A stretch of 64,000 nt of DNA, from contig CAZTYE010000002.1 in assembly GCA_964617645.1 (NCBI GenBank), positions 374,648 to 438,647 on the forward strand. The letters are read 5' to 3'. This document shows positions 30,396-40,207 of this stretch, piece after piece (within the stretch, counting starts at the first letter, position 1; every line of letters starts with the position of its first letter). Made by a program: the position numbers and the translations under genes. The notes under the pieces were generated by a model. The model did not search any database and was not told where the DNA came from. It worked only from the letters and a program-made list of their open reading frames with translations. The DNA is from an uncultured Ignavibacteria bacterium (lineage in GTDB: Bacteria; Zixibacteria; MSB-5A5; CAIYYT01).

Positions 30396-32495
30396 ATGAA
30401 CTTCATCAACCCGTTTTTGCTGCTCTTCGCCGCTGCGGCCTCGATTCCCCTGCTGCTGCACCTGTTCAACAAGCAGCGCGTCAAGATCGTCGAATTCTCC
30501 ACCGTTCGCTATTTGCTATCGCTGCAGAAAACGCGAATGCGGCAGATTAAGCTGCGGCAGATTCTGCTGCTGATTCTGCGCACCCTCGCGCTGCTCGCGA
30601 TTGCGTTTGCGTTCGCGCGTCCGGCTATCGAAGGCGGCTATCTGCCGGCTCTCGGCGGCAAAACCACCACGACAGCGGTCATGATGATCGATCTGTCCGG
30701 ATCGACACAAACCGAAACGAACGCCGGCTCTTTCTTCGAACGCAGCATCGAGAAAGCGCAGAGTATCCTCGCGAATTTCACGGAGAAAGAGAAAGCGACT
30801 TTGCTTGGCTTTGCCGACGGCGTCATTTACGACTCCGGAGATCCGACGACCGACTTCGCCCGCCTGCAGGAGTTGCTCAAATCGATGCGTCCGACCGCGG
30901 CAACCGCCGACCCGGCGGCGGCGTTCGCGCGGGCGCTGGAAATCCTGAAAGCCGCCACCGACCCGAATCTTGAGGTTTATTTGCTCAGCGATTTTCAGGG
31001 CGATGTCTGGCGTGATCTCGAATTTAACGGCTTCGAATCCGAGCGATTGAAAGTCAGCCTCTTCGTCACGTCTACGGCTTTGCCCGAGCGCGGCAATGCC
31101 GCCGTCGAGCAGGTCGTATTTCCCAATCAGATTATCACGGCCAACCGTGCTTTCGCCGTTCAGGGCGAGGTTCGCAACTACAACGATGACGAACCCTCCG
31201 AATTGCTCGTCGCCCTCGATATCAACGGCCGCCGCGTCGCTCAGACCGATCTGTCGATCCCGCCGCAAGGCGCAAGCCGCGTTGCGTTCGAACACACACC
31301 GGCCGAACCGGGCTACCTCTACGGCGAAATCGCCATCGACGATGATGACCTGCTCGCCGACAATCGGGGCTACTTTGCGATGCGCATTCCCTCGGGCAGC
31401 CGCATCGCCCTGCTTTCGGATAACGACCGCGAAGCCTTCTATATCAAGAGCGCGCTCGCGCCGGGAGAATCGCAAAATCTTGCCAAGCAGGTCGAAGTCA
31501 TTGGCGCCTTGCAGGCCGCAACCGCAAACCTGCTCGAGTACGACGCCGTTATCGTCAATCTCACCGGCCGAGCGCCGCAGGCACTGGTGTCATCGCTGCG
31601 CAACTATCTCAACACCGGTGGCGCCGTGTTGTTGATGATGCGACCAGAACTTGATATCGCCGACTTTTCCGAGAAACTTTCCGAGCCGTTCTTCGGTCTG
31701 CAGATTCTCGAAACGCCCCCGCTGGCTGCTACCGGCGGCAAGTATCTTCTCGACAATCTGGATTTTGCCCATCCGCTGTTTTCGCCCTACAAGTCGATGC
31801 CCAAGGACAAACTGCCGCAGGCCGAGTTTGACGGTCATTTCAAGCTCCGGGAATCGGCGCGCTCAACGATCGTGGCCCGCTTTTCGGACCACTCTCCGGC
31901 GGTTCTCGAGGCCGGGGTCGGCAAGGGCAAGGCGATGTTGTTCACGTTCAGCATGAACGAGCAACTCTCGGACATCGTTTTTCGACCGCTCTCGGTGATC
32001 ATGCTCAACCGCGCCGTCGAATATCTGGTTTCCGAGCCGCTCAATCAGCGCGAGCGCCTCTCCGCCGGATCGGAAATCACCCGCGAATTGGGGCCACAAA
32101 CCGCGCGGGCCTTTGCGCTGGTTACGCCGCGCGGAGACACGACCCAAATCGATGCCTCATTGCGCGCCGGGGCGGTCGTCTTCAATCTGGGCGCATTGCA
32201 GCAGACCGGAATCTATCGCCTCGTCGGCGACAACAATGTCATCGACATGTTCGCGGTCAATTTCCCGATTGCCGAGTCATCGCCAGGATTTACCGACTCC
32301 GAGACGGTCGGCAAGCGTATCATTGGGGCGCGCGTCGTCGTGCTACCCTACGACAGTGATCCTGCCGGCGCGATTTCTTCGGCGCGCTTTGGCACTGAAC
32401 TCTGGAAACTGTTTCTCCTGCTCGGATTCCTCTTCTTGCTCGCCGAGATGGCGGTTGCATATACCGCCCGGCAACCGGAGGTGAGCGCCGGTTGA
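30396..32495 (+). CDS. BatA N-terminal / VWA domain membrane protein
   Basis: MNFINP...IPLLLHL...LRTL...FARP BatA motif; MIDAS DLSGS; C-terminal ELWK...LLAE TM. Confidence 0.9.
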   Translation: MNFINPFLLLFAAAASIPLLLHLFNKQRVKIVEFSTVRYLLSLQKTRMRQIKLRQILLLILRTLALLAIAFAFARPAIEGGYLPALGGKTTTTAVMMIDLSGSTQTETNAGSFFERSIEKAQSILANFTEKEKATLLGFADGVIYDSGDPTTDFARLQELLKSMRPTAATADPAAAFARALEILKAATDPNLEVYLLSDFQGDVWRDLEFNGFESERLKVSLFVTSTALPERGNAAVEQVVFPNQIITANRAFAVQGEVRNYNDDEPSELLVALDINGRRVAQTDLSIPPQGASRVAFEHTPAEPGYLYGEIAIDDDDLLADNRGYFAMRIPSGSRIALLSDNDREAFYIKSALAPGESQNLAKQVEVIGALQAATANLLEYDAVIVNLTGRAPQALVSSLRNYLNTGGAVLLMMRPELDIADFSEKLSEPFFGLQILETPPLAATGGKYLLDNLDFAHPLFSPYKSMPKDKLPQAEFDGHFKLRESARSTIVARFSDHSPAVLEAGVGKGKAMLFTFSMNEQLSDIVFRPLSVIMLNRAVEYLVSEPLNQRERLSAGSEITRELGPQTARAFALVTPRGDTTQIDASLRAGAVVFNLGALQQTGIYRLVGDNNVIDMFAVNFPIAESSPGFTDSETVGKRIIGARVVVLPYDSDPAGAISSARFGTELWKLFLLLGFLFLLAEMAVAYTARQPEVSAG

Positions 32496-34387
32496 TTTTT
32501 CTGCAATTGGCGGGGATCACCAAGACTTTCAACGAAGATCAAATTCTGCGCGGCGTCGACCTGCAAATCGTGCGCGGAGAGCGTTACGGCTTGGTCGGTC
32601 CCAACGGCGCCGGCAAGACGACGATTCTCAAAATCGCCCTCGGTCAGGTTTTGCCCGACTTCGGATCCGTCATGACGAGTCCCCAGATCAAAGTTGGATA
32701 TGTTTCTCAGGAAGACGACCTCGAATCGAATTACTCTCTATTTCTGGCGATGCTCGAATCCTACGCCGAACTACTGGAACTCCGCAGCCGCATGGAGGCC
32801 ATGGAGAGCGCTATCGCCCTTGGCGATGAATCGCTGCTGCCGGGCTACGGCGAACTCCAGCACGAATGGGAGGTTCGCGGCGGCTACACGCTCGATACCA
32901 CGATCGAAAACACGCTACTGGGACTGGGCTTCAGCAAGGATGATCTCCACCGGCCACTCTCGAGTTTTTCCGGTGGCGAACGCAACCGCGCGGCGCTGGC
33001 GCGTGTTCTGTTGCGTCAGCCCGATTTGCTGCTGCTTGATGAACCGACCAACCACCTCGATATCGAGTCGACGATTTGGCTCGAGGAATACCTCAAGACA
33101 TTTCCCGGCGCCGTTGTCGTTGTCTCGCACGATCGCGTCTTTCTGGATCACGTCGTCAACCGCGTCGTCGAACTCGATCAGGGCAAACTCGATCTCTACC
33201 ACGGCAACTTCACTGCCTATTGTGAAGAGCGCGCCGAACGGCGACGGCTGCAACTTAAGAAGTACCTGCATCAACAAGAGGAGATTGCCCGCATCGAAGA
33301 TTTCATCGTTCGCAATATCGCCGGCCAAAAGACCAAACAAGCCCAGTCACGACGTCTGGCGCTCTCCAAACTCGAACGCTTGACGGCGCCGTCCGGCGAT
33401 GCCCGCAAAGCCAGTATCCAAATGGAGGCTTCGCGGCGCGCCTATCAATCCGTCTTGCGTGTCGAAGACCTCGCCTTCGCCTACGGTCATCGCGTCCTCT
33501 TCTCCGATGTCGAGTTCGAGATTGAACGCGGCGACAAAGTCGCTCTGATCGGCCGCAACGGTACCGGCAAGACCACGCTGATTCGGGCGCTGATGGGCGA
33601 ACTCGATGGCGTCAACGGCCAGATCGCGTTGGGTCGCAACGTCGATGTCGAGTATTTCGATCAAGATCTGGCGATGCTCAATCCGGATGAGACGGTGCTC
33701 GACACCGTTTGGAATATTCAACCGCAGTGGGATGCCTTTCGCCTGCGCAGCCATCTGGCGCGGTTTCTCTTCTTTGGCGAGGATGTCTTCAAGCAGGTGA
33801 GAATGCTCTCCGGCGGCGAGAAGAAAAAACTCGCGCTGGCGTGGCTGTTAGCGTTGCCCGCCAATTTTCTGATTCTTGACGAACCAACCAATCATCTTGA
33901 CCTCGGCTCGCGCGAAGTCCTCGAGGAAGCCTTGCGCGAGTTCGACGGCACGGTGCTTGTCGTCAGCCACGACCGCTTCTTCCTCGATTCAGTGGCGACG
34001 CGAGTCTTGGCGCTGCAGAACACTCGGGTCATCGACTTCCGTGGCCGTTACCGGGATTTTGTCGAGAAACAGAATCTATCGCAGTTGGAAACCGGCGAGT
34101 ATGGCGCCGATAAGCAGCAGAAACGCGACTCTTGGCGCGAGGATCGCCGCCTGAAGAACCTTGCGACCACCCGCCGGCGGCGATTGAGAGAACTTGAAGA
34201 GAAAATCGCGCTTCTGGAGTCCGAAGTCGAACAGCTCAAATCCGATCAGGCCGAAGAGCAACACGCCTCAGACTGGAAAAAATTGGGGGAACTGGCTCTG
34301 ACCCAAAAGCAGAAGCAAGAGCTGCTTGATCAATCGGTTTGGGAATACTATCAATTGCTGGATGAAGAAGAAGCTGCTGATCGTTAA
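32492..34387 (+). CDS. ABC-F family ATPase
   Basis: Two NBDs (GPNGAGKT, FSGGE, LLDEPTNHLD; GRNGTGKT, LSGGE), no TM, C-terminal coiled coil. Confidence 0.95.
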   Translation: MIFLQLAGITKTFNEDQILRGVDLQIVRGERYGLVGPNGAGKTTILKIALGQVLPDFGSVMTSPQIKVGYVSQEDDLESNYSLFLAMLESYAELLELRSRMEAMESAIALGDESLLPGYGELQHEWEVRGGYTLDTTIENTLLGLGFSKDDLHRPLSSFSGGERNRAALARVLLRQPDLLLLDEPTNHLDIESTIWLEEYLKTFPGAVVVVSHDRVFLDHVVNRVVELDQGKLDLYHGNFTAYCEERAERRRLQLKKYLHQQEEIARIEDFIVRNIAGQKTKQAQSRRLALSKLERLTAPSGDARKASIQMEASRRAYQSVLRVEDLAFAYGHRVLFSDVEFEIERGDKVALIGRNGTGKTTLIRALMGELDGVNGQIALGRNVDVEYFDQDLAMLNPDETVLDTVWNIQPQWDAFRLRSHLARFLFFGEDVFKQVRMLSGGEKKKLALAWLLALPANFLILDEPTNHLDLGSREVLEEALREFDGTVLVVSHDRFFLDSVATRVLALQNTRVIDFRGRYRDFVEKQNLSQLETGEYGADKQQKRDSWREDRRLKNLATTRRRRLRELEEKIALLESEVEQLKSDQAEEQHASDWKKLGELALTQKQKQELLDQSVWEYYQLLDEEEAADR

Positions 34388-34955
34388 CGGCTCGCCGCGG
34401 GTCGGTTCCTCTACGGAAATACTGGCCGCCGAGTTTGAGCGCGGATTCCTCTCTCAATGTCCCAACACTGAAATTGTCACCGTACGTCTGAACGACCTCG
34501 ATATCATTCCCTGCCAGGCCTGCGGTATCGACCCGACGCCGCTGGTCTGCATCTACAAAGACGAACTCTACCCCTATTTGCTCCACCTCAAAGACGCCGA
34601 CTTTGTGCTGATTGCCTCACCGATCTACTTTGACTCGGTGTCCGCGCAAACCAAGTTGTTTATCGACCGCTGTAACTGCTTCCGGCCGCCGCATTTTGTC
34701 AACGGTCGCGCTCAATTTGCCGAGCACGGAATCCTCAGCTGCAAAGGCGCCTACATCCTCGTCGGCGGCGAGCGGGAAAAATACGACGCCGCCGATCGCG
34801 TCATTGGCGGCTTCTTTATCTGGTGCGGAATCGAAAAGGTCGGCCGGCTGGTTCATGCCCACGATGAAGACGTGCTCGGTGGGGTGGCCGGCAATCGCGA
34901 GCGCCTGGCTGAAGCCTTCGCGCTCGGCACTAATTGTGCCCGCAAGATAAGCTGA
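34362..34955 (+). CDS. Flavodoxin-like NADPH-dependent FMN reductase / iron-sulfur flavoprotein family
   Basis: NGSPR, PCQAC...C, ASPIYF and KLFIDR motifs. Confidence 0.88.
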   Translation: MKKKLLIVNGSPRVGSSTEILAAEFERGFLSQCPNTEIVTVRLNDLDIIPCQACGIDPTPLVCIYKDELYPYLLHLKDADFVLIASPIYFDSVSAQTKLFIDRCNCFRPPHFVNGRAQFAEHGILSCKGAYILVGGEREKYDAADRVIGGFFIWCGIEKVGRLVHAHDEDVLGGVAGNRERLAEAFALGTNCARKIS

Positions 34956-34974
34956 TCCGAGAACTAAACCGAAC

Positions 34975-37218
34975 TCACGGGCATCCAGCGCACGGCGCCG
35001 GACCCGACGCAAAGATGAAGTTGATCAAGTACACGGCGTCGGCAATCGATATCGCGCCGCTGCAGTCGCCATCGCCGCGCTCCAGCGATGGAGCCGGACC
35101 GCCGGCAAAAATGTAATTGATGAGAAACACGGCGTCCGCGATGGATACGCTGCCCGACGAGTCGGCATCGCCGCACGCGTTGTTGGCCGGTCCAACAGTA
35201 ATTGAGTAGCCGAAGAGCTTCTCCTGTGGCGGAGTGCTGGAATCCTGGCAGCGCAGCGTAAAGTAGAATGTCGCCATAAACGTCGGCACGCCGCTGACCA
35301 CGGCCTGCTCGCCGCCGCTGAAACTCAGCCCAAACGGCAGGTCCCCGCCCCAGTGAGTCCAGTTGTAAGGCGCTACGCCACCGACCGCCTCGAATGATTG
35401 ACTATAGAACACACCCAGTTCGCCGTCAGCACAAGTAATGGTTGTCGTCTGGATTCCAAACGGAACCAGCGTCGCCTCGCGCAAGATCCACTCTTGCGGG
35501 TCGAATTGGATGTTCGTTATCGAATCCGGCGCATGGAGCTGGAAATACTGACCTCGTTGCGTGCTCGAAACCACCGTATCACGAATTCCTCCGGTCGTCA
35601 CCAACCGCAAGCGGATCGGCATCTGGAAGTTGCTGTAACTCGATTGAACTTGATCCACAAAGAAATCGGCCAGATATCCGCCCCCGACCGTGTCGGGACG
35701 GCACTGGAACGAGTACTCGTACTCCGGGTGACCGTCGCCGTAAATCCACTGCTGGAAAAACTGATGAAGGTCGACCCCCGATGCCGCCGACCAGAAATCC
35801 GCGATACTCTCAGTCGTCGCCGAGCCGTAGCGATAACTCGATGCTGACCACTCCCTGACCACGCGGAAAAACGTCGAATCGCCGAGCACGCCGCGAAGCA
35901 TGTGCACTACCCAGGCGCCCTTGTTGTAAGAGAGATTGCCGTCGAAAATCACCTGCGTCTGCGGATCCTCAACATAAATCGTTCCCGACCCCATGTATTT
36001 CACCGTCTGCATGTGTCCCAGATATGCCGCCAACGATCCGCCATATGCCGCCTCCCAGAAAATCGCCTCTGCCCACGTGCCGAAGCCTTCGTTAATCCAA
36101 ATATGGTGGAACGTCCGGCAGGTGATCATATCGCCCCACCACTGATGAGCGTTTTCGTGAATGAGCAGGTAAACGAAATCGTAGTAATACGCGAACGGAT
36201 CATGGAACGAACAGGTTTGGTGCTCCATCGTACCCCACTCGCCGCAATTGACGTTTGCCAGCTTTTCCGTGACGAACGGATAGATGCCAAAAGCGTCACT
36301 ATAATAATTCAGCATCGGTATTGTCAGCGTGTCGAACACCGCTTTCGAATCATAGGCATTCGGATAGTTATAGGCGTATACCGGCATCGAGTGGCCGTCG
36401 TAGTTCCAGGTTTTCTGCGTGATCTCGAAATTCGCAACCGAGAGCGCAATCAAGTAGGTGGTAATGCGGTAGCGACTGATCCAATGATAAACCTTGCGCC
36501 CGCTGGGCAGAGTCGTCGTCGACTGAAGTACCCCGTTCGCGGCGGCCTGCATATTTCCCGGGCACTCGATCCAGAATTTTACCGAATCGGCCTTGTCTTC
36601 CGGCGTGTCCTTGCAGGGAAACCAGTTGCGCGAAGCGTAAGGTTCGGTCGACGTCCAACAAATCTCGTTGCCGTAGTGCGTTGTGAAAGCCATCCCGCCG
36701 TCGGTGTAACCCATCCCCGAATATGGTGTCCCATGGTAATAGACGCTGAATACGATCTTCTCGCCGGCTGTGTACGTGCGCGGCAGCGTCACCGTGGCCA
36801 CGAAACCCGGATGCGACACATTGACGCGGTTCGGGCCCACATAGGCCGAATCGGCGTTAAGATAATACCAGATCAAGTCAAGGTCGATCGAGTTGATCGT
36901 CGGCGCAACCACGGTAACCTGATAGTCGATCTGCCCGACAATCGACTTGGTGGGAAACAGCAAATTGATGCGGATGCCATAATAGTTGACATCATAATCG
37001 GATTGGTTGGCATTGTGCTTAAGCGCTTGTTCCAGGAGACCCCGTTTGATCGACTCTTCCCGCCCGGCCGATTCGTACCGGTAGAATTCCAGACGTCGAG
37101 ATTTGATTTCCTCGATCTCGGAAGCGCTCAGATTACGATAATCGTAGTTTTTCCGTTGTCCGAAAACGGCTGGAACGATTACTATCGTGAGGAGCAGAGC
37201 GATAAACAGGGTACGCAT
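34975..37218 (-). CDS. Secreted M1-family aminopeptidase with an Ig-like domain and C-terminal dockerin
   Basis: GTMEH, HENAHQWWG, NEGFGTWAE and YNKGAWVVHMLR motifs; two dockerin repeats at the C-terminus; start at the ATG after GGAGG. Confidence 0.93.
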   Translation of the reverse strand: MRTLFIALLLTIVIVPAVFGQRKNYDYRNLSASEIEEIKSRRLEFYRYESAGREESIKRGLLEQALKHNANQSDYDVNYYGIRINLLFPTKSIVGQIDYQVTVVAPTINSIDLDLIWYYLNADSAYVGPNRVNVSHPGFVATVTLPRTYTAGEKIVFSVYYHGTPYSGMGYTDGGMAFTTHYGNEICWTSTEPYASRNWFPCKDTPEDKADSVKFWIECPGNMQAAANGVLQSTTTLPSGRKVYHWISRYRITTYLIALSVANFEITQKTWNYDGHSMPVYAYNYPNAYDSKAVFDTLTIPMLNYYSDAFGIYPFVTEKLANVNCGEWGTMEHQTCSFHDPFAYYYDFVYLLIHENAHQWWGDMITCRTFHHIWINEGFGTWAEAIFWEAAYGGSLAAYLGHMQTVKYMGSGTIYVEDPQTQVIFDGNLSYNKGAWVVHMLRGVLGDSTFFRVVREWSASSYRYGSATTESIADFWSAASGVDLHQFFQQWIYGDGHPEYEYSFQCRPDTVGGGYLADFFVDQVQSSYSNFQMPIRLRLVTTGGIRDTVVSSTQRGQYFQLHAPDSITNIQFDPQEWILREATLVPFGIQTTTITCADGELGVFYSQSFEAVGGVAPYNWTHWGGDLPFGLSFSGGEQAVVSGVPTFMATFYFTLRCQDSSTPPQEKLFGYSITVGPANNACGDADSSGSVSIADAVFLINYIFAGGPAPSLERGDGDCSGAISIADAVYLINFIFASGPAPCAGCP

Positions 37219-37335
37219 ATAGCCTCCGCAAGTAACAAAGCCAATATACACCACTTCGTCGAAATTAGTAGCCCTTTTTCGCAAATGGCATTGGCGCTTT
37301 GGTGGTGATGTTTCGTCCTATCTCAAGGGTGAAAG

Positions 37336-39381
37336 ATGCAAAGGCGTGAGCCTCTGGACAGTTGCCGCGTTTTTCTTCGGGTTGTTGCGGTCATCGTGAC
37401 CCTCGGCATCTTCCTGTTGTCATGTTCGCAGCGGAAGATGAGCGACTTCGAGTTAAACTACCTCACCATGTCGGTTGACCGGATGGTTGTACTCGACGAT
37501 CTCGACTCCGCAGCGCTGCTGATCAATGACCTGGCGCTGCAGCACCCGCGTGATACGGCGATCTTGATGCGCCAGGGCCTGATCAATCGTGAACTGGGCA
37601 GCGTTGAAGGCCGCCGCAAGTCGGAGTTGGCGTTTCGGCGTCTCGTGCAACTTGAGCCGAAAAGCGCCTTGTACCATCTTGAATTGGGCAAGACCCTCGT
37701 CGCGCAGACTTTCGAGATGGAAGGTCGTGGCGAATTGGCGCGATCTATTGACCTCGATCCGGAAAACGAAGAGCCATACCTGATCATGGCCGACCTCTAT
37801 CGCCGGCCTTACTTTATCAACGACTATGCGGACTTCGCCGACTCCGCGCTTGAGGTCCTGCATTCCCTGCTCCGCGAAGACAGCGACAATGTCTCGGCGC
37901 TGGTTCGATTGTCGGAAATCTCTGCGGTGCGCGGCTGGGTCGATAGTTGCCGCTACTTCGCCGATCAAGCCCTCTCCGTCGATTCCTCTTCGCTTCGCAG
38001 CCGGCTGGCGAAGGCCTATTCTGCATATCGCCAAAGCGATCCGGTCGCGGCAACGCGACATTTCGACTACGCTCTCAGTCGCCTCGACTCGGCCGGCCGC
38101 GCCGGCTACGAATCACTCGCCTATCTGATTCGCCCTGACGAGATTTCGGCTTACAACAAGCTGCCTCTTGCCCGCCGCGATTCTCTCAAGTTGCAGCTCT
38201 GGCTCGATTTGGACAACGATCCAACAACCGCCGTTAACGAACGTCAGGTCGAACACTTCGCGCGCGTCTGGATGGCAAACTTAATTTTCTCCGATGAGCG
38301 CTATGACCGCGACGGCTGGAAAACCGACATGGGCGAAACGCTGATTCGGCTGGGGCTGCCGGACGACCGCCGCCGCCAGCGCATCCATTCCAGCAGCGTG
38401 AGTGGGATTCCGGCATGGTACTGGTACTACACGACGACCACCTATCCGTGCACTCTCGCCTTCGTCGATCACATGCTTTCCGGCGAATTCCGCTTTCCCT
38501 TCTCGTACAGCGACAACACCGGCTCGCTGCGCACCAATGAGAGCAAACGCGTCGCCTACTTCAACAATCTGCAAGTTCCCCAGGAATCGGAATTGTCGCG
38601 GGAAACGGCGCCGGTGCAGTTTGACTACGACGTCTATCAGTTTCGCGGCGAGCGCAGCTACACTGATCTGGAGCTAATTGTTTACTCAGCCGGAAACCAG
38701 TTTCGCTCGGGTGAAATAGCTTTTCGCGCCGCGATCCAGGACTTGCGCGGCCGCTTATTCTGGCGCGACGAATCACGACTCGATTATGAATCGACTCGCG
38801 GTGGGTCGGTGGTGACTCGCTTCTCGACCGCTCAACTTCCGGGGGCGAGGCGTCTCGGGATCGTGCTCGACCAATCGGATTCGGGTCTCTATCGCTATCA
38901 AATCGACTCGCTGGCGATTCGGAGCTTTGCGATCACCGGTATCAGTATGTCGGACATCGTTCTCACCGCGCCCGCCAGTGTCCAGCCGAACTCCGTGCGT
39001 ATCGTTCGCGGTGAAACGGAACTGCCGATTGTCGTCGATCGAGCTTACGCGCTCGAAGACACCGTGCGCGTTTACTTCGAGGTCTACGGACTGCCCTTCG
39101 ATCTCACCGGTCGCACCCGCTTCGACGTCACCTACTCGCTTCAGTTCGTCAAGGGCAGCGACAAGGGTCTGAAAGGCCTCTTGGGCAAAGTCTTCCCCGG
39201 CAAACGCGAGTCGATCTCCTACACTTATCGCGAGGGTGGCATCGCCCACGATATCACCCGCGACCTGCAACTCACTGTCGGCGATCTTCGTCCCGGACGT
39301 TACCAACTGACTATCTCTGTAGATGAACTCGTACTCGGAAGCCAGGCTTCGGCCTCGACCGAGCTGATACTGCTGGAGTAG
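37336..39381 (+). CDS. TPR + GWxTD-domain protein (probable lipoprotein)
   Basis: LLSC lipobox-like motif; TPR repeats; DPTTAVNE...H..R...AN..F...DGWKTDMG...G.PD. Confidence 0.88.
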   Translation: MQRREPLDSCRVFLRVVAVIVTLGIFLLSCSQRKMSDFELNYLTMSVDRMVVLDDLDSAALLINDLALQHPRDTAILMRQGLINRELGSVEGRRKSELAFRRLVQLEPKSALYHLELGKTLVAQTFEMEGRGELARSIDLDPENEEPYLIMADLYRRPYFINDYADFADSALEVLHSLLREDSDNVSALVRLSEISAVRGWVDSCRYFADQALSVDSSSLRSRLAKAYSAYRQSDPVAATRHFDYALSRLDSAGRAGYESLAYLIRPDEISAYNKLPLARRDSLKLQLWLDLDNDPTTAVNERQVEHFARVWMANLIFSDERYDRDGWKTDMGETLIRLGLPDDRRRQRIHSSSVSGIPAWYWYYTTTTYPCTLAFVDHMLSGEFRFPFSYSDNTGSLRTNESKRVAYFNNLQVPQESELSRETAPVQFDYDVYQFRGERSYTDLELIVYSAGNQFRSGEIAFRAAIQDLRGRLFWRDESRLDYESTRGGSVVTRFSTAQLPGARRLGIVLDQSDSGLYRYQIDSLAIRSFAITGISMSDIVLTAPASVQPNSVRIVRGETELPIVVDRAYALEDTVRVYFEVYGLPFDLTGRTRFDVTYSLQFVKGSDKGLKGLLGKVFPGKRESISYTYREGGIAHDITRDLQLTVGDLRPGRYQLTISVDELVLGSQASASTELILLE

Positions 39382-39510
39382 CCCAATCCGACTGCTCGAC
39401 TCGCCACACGACGAATGCGATTCTCCGCAGAGGTTTCGCGCCGTGCCATGCCCACGCTTCGAGGGACAATGCGCCCGTCGACTCTCCCGGTAAGGGTAGC
39501 CCACAGCTTG

Positions 39511-39640
39511 AGGGCTGTTGAAAAGCCCTATGAGCTGTCACCCTGAGCGGAGCGAAGGGTCTGTTATCCTTGTGTCGCATCGGAAAACAGATTCTTCGCT
39601 TCGCTCAGAATGACATGAATATGGCTTTTTCAACAGTCCC
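39511..39640. mobile_element. MITE copy A (130 bp)
   Basis: Ends AGGGCTGTTGAAAA / TTTTCAACAGTCCC; CTTG duplicated on both sides; internal GTCACCCTGAGC..GCGAAGGGTCT / AGATTCTTCGCT.CGCTCAGAATGAC arms. Confidence 0.85.
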
Positions 39641-39709
39641 CTTGCTGTGGGTGAGTCAAGCAGCTTGAGCCGTCTCGCGAACTGACAACCCCGATCCCCG
39701 CCGGAGCGC

Positions 39710-40105
39710 CTATCGCGAGCGCAAGGTGTCGCGGATTTCGGTCAGAAGTATCTCTTCTTTCGTCGGCGCCGGCGGCGCAGCCGGAGCTTCTTCCTTCTTA
39801 CGCTTCAGCGAATTCATGGCCTTAACTACCATGAAGATCGCGAAGGCGACGATTACAAAGTCAACGACAGTCTGGATGAACTTGCCATATGAGAGCACTA
39901 CGGGCGCCCCTTCGGCAGTTGCGCTCCTGAGCGTGACGGCCAAATTCGAGAAGTCAACGCCACCGAGCATCATGCCGATTGGCGGCATGATGACATCTCC
40001 GACCAGCGACGACACGATTTTTCCGAAAGCGGCGCCGATCACGATACCGACCGCCATATCGACAACGTTTCCGCGCATCGCAAATTCTTTGAATTCCTTG
40101 AGCAT
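39710..40105 (-). CDS. mscL: Large-conductance mechanosensitive channel
   Basis: [20 protein letters not shown]; LLTEIRD. Confidence 0.98.
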   Translation of the reverse strand: MLKEFKEFAMRGNVVDMAVGIVIGAAFGKIVSSLVGDVIMPPIGMMLGGVDFSNLAVTLRSATAEGAPVVLSYGKFIQTVVDFVIVAFAIFMVVKAMNSLKRKKEEAPAAPPAPTKEEILLTEIRDTLRSR

Positions 40106-40207
40106 GAGCTTTCCCTCCGTGGATAACGGGTTCTCCGATTTCGGTCCGATCGAGTTTTTTCCGGTTGTTTCCGGCGCAGTCTGGTGAAACGCCGCTTGTC
40201 TGTCAAC

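Noticed and set aside
35902-37308. 468 aa plus-strand ORF
   Set aside because: Antisense shadow of the M1 aminopeptidase with no motifs. The same applies to other long antisense ORFs such as 43395..44363, 30516..31475 and 47561..48355.
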